The position numbers and the translations under genes were made by a program. Positions 57,268 through 64,000 of a DNA stretch of 64,000 bases are shown one piece after another (position 1 is the stretch's first letter; the number at the start of each line of letters is the position of its first letter). A model generated the notes under the pieces. The model had not been told where the DNA came from. It searched no databases and saw only the letters and a list, made by a program, of their open reading frames with translations. Origin of the DNA: Eubacteriales bacterium (GTDB lineage Bacteria; Bacillota; Clostridia; Christensenellales; JAWKQI01); NCBI GenBank assembly GCA_041390245.1, contig JAWKQI010000001.1, positions 107,558-171,557 on the forward strand, given 5' to 3'.

Positions 57268-59796
57268 TTAAGAATCTCCTACCAAAGTATTAGAATCCGG
57301 TATATCTACCTCGGCAGTACGAGCCTTTTCATCTAAATAATAAGTAAATACGTCTTTTGCAACGAGTGAAGAAAGGCCACCGGACAAACCATGCGGTACA
57401 TATACGACAACCACTATCTCAGGGTTTTCATACGGAGTGAATCCAACGAACCAACTGTTGTTTTCTATGTCTATGTTAGAAACCTGCGCAGTTCCGGTTT
57501 TTCCGCCTATTTCATCGATATACTTATAATTTTTAAAGTAAGAGGATGCAGTTCCTTGGTCTTCTTCAGACACAACCTCCCTCATGCCTTCTTTTATCGC
57601 AGCTAAATATTCCTCCGGAATATCCAGCTGTTTATATACAGACGGTTCAATCTCCTCCAAAACAGTACCCGAGGAAGATGCTATTTTATCAACAATGCTT
57701 AAATCATATACGGTGCCTCCATTCAATATAGCCGCTACGTATCTCGAAACGCCAACCGGTGTAACAGCCGCAACTCCTTGGCCGATACCAGTAAGTATCG
57801 TCCTCGTTGGATTCCACATTAGTTCTGTTAAAATACTTGCAACTGTCTTATCCCATCCCTTTGAACTGGAAATGGTCTTTGAAATACCTAAATTCTCACT
57901 TAAAATAGTCCTTATCTTAGGCCCCATTTCCTCTTCGTCATTAGATGCTAGTTTAAGCAAGGCTTCTGCTGCATTATCTAATTCCTCATCTGTATATTCT
58001 ACCGAACGCTCTTGCCCAAAATTCTTTAGTTCGCTTATCAAAAGCCTTTTAACCAATATTGGTATAGCAGTCTTTTGGTTTGATGCGTCCTTTGTATTAT
58101 CATAAAGTACTTCTTGGCCTCCGACCTGGCCGACTGCCTCTGCCGGAAGCTGTATGCCGGTCTTTTCGGTAAGCCCAAAGTTATCTGCCCATTTGGTAAG
58201 GTTTGAAATACCCAGCCTGTACGCCACCGTAAAGAAATAATAGTTACAGGAGTTCTTAATAGCAAGAACAACGTTTTGATCTTTATGCTTTGAAAAATTC
58301 GGGCGTACCCAACAAGAAGGGCAGCTTTTAATTTCCTCTTCTGTCGCCGTATCGGCATCCTCGCCTAGTACAGCGGTGAAATACCCTCCGTCACTTATCG
58401 TTGTATTTACGGTAATGCCTGTCGTATCGTATTCCATTAATCCGGCCGTTGCCGTTACCATCTTGAAGATTGACCCAGGCGTACCTTTTGAAGACACTGC
58501 TTTATTAAACAGCGGTGTCGTATCTTCATCTGTTAAAGCCTCATAATCTACTTCTGATATGCCGTTGGTAAACAGATTAAGGTCGAAAGAAGGATAACTC
58601 GCCATAGCCAAAACTTTTCCACTATTTATATCAATAACGACTGCCGCTCCGGTTGTAGCAAATTTTATTTCATCAGTACGGCCGTCTTCAAGCATTTGGT
58701 CTTCATAATCGCTCTTATTTGCAGTGTATTCCTCCTGCTGCTTTTTATATATCTCGGCAATATTATTTTCAAGTGATTCCTCAAGAGCCTCCTGCAGCCC
58801 TAAATCTATTGTTAGAACTACGTTATTGCCAGATTTAGCCGATGATGTTGAAAGGGTCCTTATTATCTGTGAGAACTGTTTACTGACTTCCTGTTTGCCC
58901 TGCCGTTCAATAGTATTCGCAGTCAAAACAGACTCCATTGTAGATTCTATACCCGCTATACCTATTAAATCGTCCGAAGAATATCCTAATGCCTGCATTT
59001 CCGCAATGGTATCATTATCTTGCATTTTGCCCATATATCCTATTATGTGGGCCGCTGTACTCTGTTTAGGGTATACCCTTACAGTTCCTTCTGATATATC
59101 TACACCCTCAAGCTCCTCGCTCCTTGCCTTTAACTCCGATACGGTATTTATATTAACATCTTTGGCAATGGTTATAGAAAGATACCCGGAACTATTGTTT
59201 AACTGTAACTGCTGCCATATAGATAAAAGTTTAACAGCGTCGTCGTATGAGAGCTCGTCAGGTATCTGATACCTTAATCTGAGCTGATTATAAATTTCTT
59301 CAGCATCGTCCATGCCTGTTAAATACATGTTTGTTTTCCAGCTGCTTAAACGTTTTTCAAAAACAGTTTCGTCTGTGGTATTAAAATCAAAGTAAAAATC
59401 GCCGTTGTCATCTCTTTTTATCGAAAATTCGTTCTCTATCGTGCCGCTGTTTTCCTCTATTATATCTATTGTCTTCATCAGTATCCCCGTATAATATGCA
59501 CGATCGTCTGAGGAAGTCTTTGTCTGGTCTTTTTTAAAGACAACATCATAGCTCTTTTCATCATAAGCTAAAACTATACCGCTTGAATCGAGAATGGAGC
59601 CCCTTGACCCCGAAACCGTTATAGTACGTATAGAAGTATTTTTTGATTTTTCTGAATAGCTGGTACCTTGAACAATAGTCAAGTTAACTAGCTGCATTAC
59701 CAATATCAAAAACAAAAATACTATAATCGCAGTTAATATAAACATTCTTTTGTCAGATTTCCCGGAAAAAACGTTTGAGTTAAATATCGATTTCAT
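57268..59796 (-). CDS. mrdA: Penicillin-binding protein 2 (class B transpeptidase)
   Basis: GSIFK (SxxK), SCN (SxN) and KTGTAQ motifs. N-terminal TM plus dimerisation domain. Confidence 0.88.
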   Translation of the reverse strand: MKSIFNSNVFSGKSDKRMFILTAIIVFLFLILVMQLVNLTIVQGTSYSEKSKNTSIRTITVSGSRGSILDSSGIVLAYDEKSYDVVFKKDQTKTSSDDRAYYTGILMKTIDIIEENSGTIENEFSIKRDDNGDFYFDFNTTDETVFEKRLSSWKTNMYLTGMDDAEEIYNQLRLRYQIPDELSYDDAVKLLSIWQQLQLNNSSGYLSITIAKDVNINTVSELKARSEELEGVDISEGTVRVYPKQSTAAHIIGYMGKMQDNDTIAEMQALGYSSDDLIGIAGIESTMESVLTANTIERQGKQEVSKQFSQIIRTLSTSSAKSGNNVVLTIDLGLQEALEESLENNIAEIYKKQQEEYTANKSDYEDQMLEDGRTDEIKFATTGAAVVIDINSGKVLAMASYPSFDLNLFTNGISEVDYEALTDEDTTPLFNKAVSSKGTPGSIFKMVTATAGLMEYDTTGITVNTTISDGGYFTAVLGEDADTATEEEIKSCPSCWVRPNFSKHKDQNVVLAIKNSCNYYFFTVAYRLGISNLTKWADNFGLTEKTGIQLPAEAVGQVGGQEVLYDNTKDASNQKTAIPILVKRLLISELKNFGQERSVEYTDEELDNAAEALLKLASNDEEEMGPKIRTILSENLGISKTISSSKGWDKTVASILTELMWNPTRTILTGIGQGVAAVTPVGVSRYVAAILNGGTVYDLSIVDKIASSSGTVLEEIEPSVYKQLDIPEEYLAAIKEGMREVVSEEDQGTASSYFKNYKYIDEIGGKTGTAQVSNIDIENNSWFVGFTPYENPEIVVVVYVPHGLSGGLSSLVAKDVFTYYLDEKARTAEVDIPDSNTLVGDS

Positions 59797-59827
59797 TTAG
59801 GTTTAAAAGGCCTCCTTTCACGTATAA

Positions 59828-60373
59828 TTATTTCCTGCGGTACTTTTCCATTTTATCCACAACTCTGAATTCACTGAATTTAACAGATTTTAGAAAGTGG
59901 GTATAATAAAGCTTCCGCATGAGCAAATGTATAAACGGCATTAAAATAACAGTATACAGTGCACTTAATAATGTGCATTTTATAAATACAACGCCGTATG
60001 ATACATTAATCGCAACTATATTAGCCGTTATAAACGCAGTAAAATCCTTTATCAAGAAAACCGCAAGGCATATAATTGTCGGCACTATATAATTGTCTAT
60101 ATAAGAAACGCGCCTTACCGCAATCATAGCTAAAAACCCTGCTACCACATAAGGTATAGAATAAAACCCCACAGCCGGACCGTATAAAATATCCAGCAAT
60201 ATGCCGCCCGAAAGGCCAAGCCACATCCCAGATAAAGATTTTTCTGCTATTGCTATCGAAACTATACATATTAAAAGCAAATCCGGAGCTGCACCAAACA
60301 TCGATGCATTTCCGGCTGCTCCAAGTATCAAAGTATTTATTACGCATATGAGGGCAAGAATAAGGTATCTCAT
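59828..60373 (-). CDS. mreD: Rod shape-determining protein MreD
   Basis: 181-aa polytopic protein, after mreC. Confidence 0.8.
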   Translation of the reverse strand: MRYLILALICVINTLILGAAGNASMFGAAPDLLLICIVSIAIAEKSLSGMWLGLSGGILLDILYGPAVGFYSIPYVVAGFLAMIAVRRVSYIDNYIVPTIICLAVFLIKDFTAFITANIVAINVSYGVVFIKCTLLSALYTVILMPFIHLLMRKLYYTHFLKSVKFSEFRVVDKMEKYRRK

Positions 60374-61215
60374 TCTTCAGTATCCCCCGTTTGTGAATCA
60401 TCTTGCAAATTGCTTATTACTACCATTACTTCTTCCATATGCTGAAAATCTACTTTAGGCTTTACACTTGCAGATTTCTCAGTATTCTCTTCTCCAGTAG
60501 CAACTTCAGTAACTTCACCTATAATTATGCCTTTTGGGAATATGCCATCTAGCCCAGACGTTATAACAACGTCGCCCGGTATTATATCTGTATCAAAAGG
60601 CAGATAGCTCATGGTCAGCAAATTGGTACCTTCCGTATTAATATTTCCCGATAAGATACCGTTATCTCTCGTGCGCTCTACCAACCCGGCCACACTGCTG
60701 TCGCTGTCTATTATAGGGGTGACAACGCTCCATGTAGCATATGCCTCCGTTATACGGCCTATCAGCCCGTCTTGATTTATAACAGCCATGTTTTCTTTAA
60801 CGCCGTCAACTATACCTGCTGAGATAGTAAAGCTGTTAAACCATGCCCCAGGGCTCTTGCTTATTACTTTCGCCGTCACATAACTTAGGTTTTCATTTTG
60901 TTGTGCAAAATTTAAAAGGTCTTTTAGCCTTTCATTTTCCTTTAAGGTTTCATCATAGTACTGTATTATGCTTTCTTGTTCCTCCAACTGTTGCTTAAGC
61001 GCGTCTATATCATCTTGGTCCTCAGTGCCGCTAAATATATTAGAGAAAAACCCGGCAACCGATCCTGCAGCATCATAAAAAAATCCTTGGACCGGTTTTA
61101 ACAACCCGCCAATGACACTTTTAGACCCAAATATGTTACCGCTGGCTGTAGTAACAAGTAGCACAAGCAGTATTATTACTATGATTAATGTTATTAAAAG
61201 CGGCCTATCTTTCAA
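60370..61215 (-). CDS. mreC: Rod shape-determining protein MreC
   Basis: TM, coiled coil and beta-barrel domains (GLIGRITE, GDVVITSGLDGIFPKG). Confidence 0.9.
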   Translation of the reverse strand: MKDRPLLITLIIVIILLVLLVTTASGNIFGSKSVIGGLLKPVQGFFYDAAGSVAGFFSNIFSGTEDQDDIDALKQQLEEQESIIQYYDETLKENERLKDLLNFAQQNENLSYVTAKVISKSPGAWFNSFTISAGIVDGVKENMAVINQDGLIGRITEAYATWSVVTPIIDSDSSVAGLVERTRDNGILSGNINTEGTNLLTMSYLPFDTDIIPGDVVITSGLDGIFPKGIIIGEVTEVATGEENTEKSASVKPKVDFQHMEEVMVVISNLQDDSQTGDTEE

Positions 61216-61346
61216 AAAAATAACTCTCCTGAAATAATAACTGCGTTTTAAAACTTCCTCTTTAATTTTATGTATATAAAAATAAGAATTTAGCCTTTTT
61301 ACGCTTTTTAATTATTATAGCATGTTTAAGTTTTTTTTCAAATATA

Positions 61347-62366
61347 TTAAGCCGTTTCGAAATTACTTCTTAAGCCTTTTTTACCAATTCTTTCAATCGA
61401 CATATAAAGCCCATCTATAACTGCATCAGCCGTATTGTCAGATATACACGTTTTGATCCCTGTGTTCTCCGATATAAATTCCGCTATACCCTCTAGCAAT
61501 GCCCCTTTACCGGTCAATAATATGCCGTTATCTATTATATCGGCCGCAAATTCAGGAGGTATCTGGCTTATAACCTCTTTTATGTCTGTACAAAGTTTAT
61601 CTGCCACGTTTCTCATGCCCTGTACTATCTCTAAATTACCGACTTGTACTTCCATAGGCATTCCGTTTTCAATACTTCTTCCGCGGACGTTGATTATCTT
61701 AGTGTTTTTACTGCTGTTGACTCCACCAATTTCTACCTTTATATGTTCGGCAGTGTTTTCTCCAACTATTACTCCAAGGCTATCACGCATATAATTTAAA
61801 ATAACTTCGCTGAATGTGTCTCCGGCAACCTTTGTCGTACCGCCGTACACAAGGCCTCCTAAAGATACCATTCCTATGTCGCTTTTTTGCGCGCCTATAT
61901 CCACTACCAAAACTCCGGAATTAGAAAATATATCCACTCCGGAGCCAAGTGCGGCCGCTATTGGCGTTTCAATAAGATAGACTTCTCTAGCGCCTGCATG
62001 AAAACCTGTACTTTCCATTGCGGCTTTCTCAAGTTCGTTTGAATCGCATGGTATCGCCATTGTCATTTTCGATATACCTTTTGTTATGGATGTTTTAAGG
62101 GTGTTTTTAAGAAAATATTTGATCATGACTTCGACCAGCTCGGTATCCGTTATTACGCCATTTTTAATAGGCCTTTTAACGACTATGCCGCCGAGCAGCC
62201 TGCCGGTTAAACTCTTTGCCTCTTCTCCAACAGCTACGATTTCGTGCCCATCGGCACTAACTGCTACATAAGAGGGCTGAGTAATAAGTTCCCCCTCTGG
62301 GGTCGCACGGACAGAAGTGCTCACAGAACCTAGATCTAAGGCTGCATTCAATGAAAATATTGCCAC
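61347..62366 (-). CDS. mreB: MreB-family actin homologue with atypical nucleotide-binding loops
   Basis: Overall MreB collinearity (RPIKNGVITD, GAREVYLIETPIAAALG, VSLGG). The phosphate loops read DLGSVST, DIGAQKS and LTGKGA. Confidence 0.8.
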   Translation of the reverse strand: MAIFSLNAALDLGSVSTSVRATPEGELITQPSYVAVSADGHEIVAVGEEAKSLTGRLLGGIVVKRPIKNGVITDTELVEVMIKYFLKNTLKTSITKGISKMTMAIPCDSNELEKAAMESTGFHAGAREVYLIETPIAAALGSGVDIFSNSGVLVVDIGAQKSDIGMVSLGGLVYGGTTKVAGDTFSEVILNYMRDSLGVIVGENTAEHIKVEIGGVNSSKNTKIINVRGRSIENGMPMEVQVGNLEIVQGMRNVADKLCTDIKEVISQIPPEFAADIIDNGILLTGKGALLEGIAEFISENTGIKTCISDNTADAVIDGLYMSIERIGKKGLRSNFETA

Positions 62367-62477
62367 CTTTTTATCCTCCTAATATCATATATATATTGCA
62401 ATTGTGCCAATATATATGATATTTTATACATCTATATAAACAGGCGGGGTTTATATTGCAATGCCTACTATCAAAAA

Positions 62478-62528
62478 AGATATTACTTTGACATAAATAA
62501 ATACTTAAAAATTATCCAAGTAATATCT
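62478..62528 (-). terminator. Long-loop inverted repeat after sigF
   Basis: AGATATTACTT-N29-AAGTAATATCT followed on the minus strand by UUUUUGAU. Confidence 0.35.
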
Positions 62529-62554
62529 TCAATATAAAAACCAAATAAATGCAT

Positions 62555-63286
62555 TCATTCGGAAAAGGATTTTATCTTTTTCAATGTCTTGGTAATAAGC
62601 CTTGAAACCTGCACCTGTGATATACCAATTATTTCCGCTATTTCCGTCTGCGTCTTGTCCTTAAAGAAGCGCAGGAAAATAAGTTTCCTCTCTTGTGGTT
62701 CGAGCCTTGACAGGATCTCCTTTATAGCTATCCTGTCTATCATTTCGCCCATATCTCCAACTACTGTATCCATAATTAAAGTCTTTGAATTATCCTCGTC
62801 AAATGCAGGCTGGTAGATAGAAAGCGGCGCTTTTACCGCCTCTGTTGCTACGGCTATGTCCTCTGCGGATATCCCCGTCCTAGATGATATTTCTTCAACC
62901 GTAGGGTCCCTTCCCAGCTCCTTTTTCAATGTATCGTTAGCGGAAAAGACTATTGCAGACTTTTCTTTAACGCTCCTGCTGACCTTTATCATTCCATCAT
63001 CTCTAAGAAAGCGTTTAATCTCTCCCGCAATCATAGGAACAGCATATGTGGAAAATCTTACGTTAAAAGAGCTATCATAATTTTTTATTGCTTTTATAAG
63101 CCCCAAACAGCCTATCTGTATCAAATCTTCCGCTTCTATACCCCGCCCAAAGAACCTTTTGGCTATACTTTTAACCAGTGCATAATTTCTTTCAACAAGT
63201 TCAGCGGTCGCTTTTTCGTCCCCTTCTTTGGATTGCTTTATATATTCAAGAGTCTGCTCATGGCTTAATAGCTCTTTATTGGGCAT
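62555..63286 (-). CDS. sigF: Sporulation sigma factor SigF
   Basis: Sigma-70 regions 2-4. Third gene after spoIIAA-spoIIAB. Confidence 0.9.
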   Translation of the reverse strand: MPNKELLSHEQTLEYIKQSKEGDEKATAELVERNYALVKSIAKRFFGRGIEAEDLIQIGCLGLIKAIKNYDSSFNVRFSTYAVPMIAGEIKRFLRDDGMIKVSRSVKEKSAIVFSANDTLKKELGRDPTVEEISSRTGISAEDIAVATEAVKAPLSIYQPAFDEDNSKTLIMDTVVGDMGEMIDRIAIKEILSRLEPQERKLIFLRFFKDKTQTEIAEIIGISQVQVSRLITKTLKKIKSFSE

Positions 63287-63710
63287 CCTCTCCTATATCC
63301 TTTCTCATTATAACGGTAGTCCCTTTGCCGACTTCGGATATTACGTTTACGCTGTCCATAAACGTCTCCATAACGGTAAAGCCCATTCCTGAGCGTTCCT
63401 CTCCTCCTACCGTAGAGAAAAACGGCTGTCTTGCCTGTTCTACATCCTCTATTCCGCGTCCTAAATCCGATATTTCAATAGTTATGCTTCTTTTGTCTAT
63501 ATATGCGCGTATCTCAATATAGCCTCCTCTGCCCTTGTACGCGTGCACGATGCAGTTCGTAACAGCTTCTGAGACCGCTGTCTTTATATCTGCTATCTCC
63601 TCAATAGTCGGGTTAAGCCTTGCGGCAAATGCACCGACCACCACACGCGAGAAGCTTTCGTTTTCAGACAAACTTGGAATTTTTAAAACCATGCTGTTTT
63701 TTTGATTCAT
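63276..63710 (-). CDS. spoIIAB: Anti-sigma F factor / serine kinase SpoIIAB
   Basis: HATPase_c with AVSEAVTNCIVHAY and GMGF. 11-nt overlap with sigF. Confidence 0.92.
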   Translation of the reverse strand: MNQKNSMVLKIPSLSENESFSRVVVGAFAARLNPTIEEIADIKTAVSEAVTNCIVHAYKGRGGYIEIRAYIDKRSITIEISDLGRGIEDVEQARQPFFSTVGGEERSGMGFTVMETFMDSVNVISEVGKGTTVIMRKDIGEDAQ

Positions 63711-63733
63711 ATTATTATCCCCCTTTATTTCGC

Positions 63734-64000
63734 CTATTTCTTTTCGATAACTTTATAAAGGCCAGCAATCCTAAACACCTTGTCCACTTGTTTGCTGGCG
63801 TTTTTAACGCTTATGCTTCCGCCGGCTGCTTTTACCCTTTGATACCGTCCAAGCAGCACTCCTATACCGGAACTATCCATAAACTTAAGTCCGGATAAAT
63901 CTAAAATTAACTTTGTCGCACCTGAGGAAATAATGTCATCAAGTCTTCGTTTAACGGCAGCTGCGCTATGATGGTCCAGTTCTCCCGACAGCCAGATTTC
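63734..64000 (-). CDS. spoIIAA: Anti-anti-sigma factor SpoIIAA (STAS), C-terminal part (gene runs off the window end)
   Basis: Own translation gives EIWLSGELDHHSAAAVKRRLDDIISSGATKLILDLSGLKFMDSSGIGVLLGRYQRV...KVIEKK*. Confidence 0.88.
   Translation of the reverse strand, partial: EIWLSGELDHHSAAAVKRRLDDIISSGATKLILDLSGLKFMDSSGIGVLLGRYQRVKAAGGSISVKNASKQVDKVFRIAGLYKVIEKK

Noticed and set aside
60021-60401. 126-aa minus-strand ORF out of frame within mreD/mreC.
   Set aside because: It overlaps the mreD coding frame completely. Its composition is not protein-like and it has no RBS.
1-64000. Mobile elements, prophage, CRISPR, toxin-antitoxin or defence islands.
   Set aside because: No transposase, integrase, recombinase, Cas, restriction or TA-like ORFs appear in any frame of the track, and I noticed no long direct or inverted terminal repeats.

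Overview
This window looks like a low-GC Firmicutes chromosome segment from a Clostridia-like spore-former. It carries about 60 genes, roughly 85-90% of them on the minus strand, with many 1-4 nt start/stop overlaps. I found no transposase, integrase, phage gene, CRISPR array or rRNA. All family calls come from motif and synteny recognition in the supplied translations; no database search was run.

Gene content from left to right:
- aroB' and aroF, preceded by a candidate leader-peptide attenuator.
- An EamA transporter, an esterase and an orphan KdpE-like response regulator.
- amtB-glnK and an SDR.
- A Ca-type P-type ATPase broken by three homopolymer frameshifts.
- An Amidase_6 protein, a LysE exporter, a Cys/His-repeat protein and a C45-like Ntn hydrolase.
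- A VanY-type carboxypeptidase next to a two-component system with a translationally coupled unknown protein.
- tRNA-Arg(CCG).
- plsY, der, a DUF512 protein, glyA, rnc, acpP, plsX, rpmF, yceD, ackA and pta.
- The B. subtilis ylb-like block: tmcAL, patatin, ylbJ, coaD and a frameshifted rsmD.
- MTHFS and alr.
- A paaK-iorAB-paaK-ACT aryl-pyruvate operon.
- A degenerate M14 peptidase homologue and degV.
- A 1079-aa adenylation-ACP-alpha-oxoamine synthase fusion.
- ogg, rpmA and rplU.
- RNase G plus two radical-SAM-linked genes.
- spoIVFB/FA, rodA, minEDC, pbp2, mreDCB and sigF-spoIIAB-spoIIAA'.

The most interesting items are:
1. The tri-domain acyl-adenylate ligase-ACP-AONS gene, a self-contained alpha-amino-ketone or sphingoid-base-like lipid synthase.
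2. A Phe/Tyr/Trp-rich 33-codon leader ORF plus intrinsic terminator in front of aroF.
3. An MreB with degenerate nucleotide-binding loops.
4. An M14 homologue with its catalytic residues replaced.
5. A tandem C3H-repeat protein.
6. Several homopolymer frameshifts.
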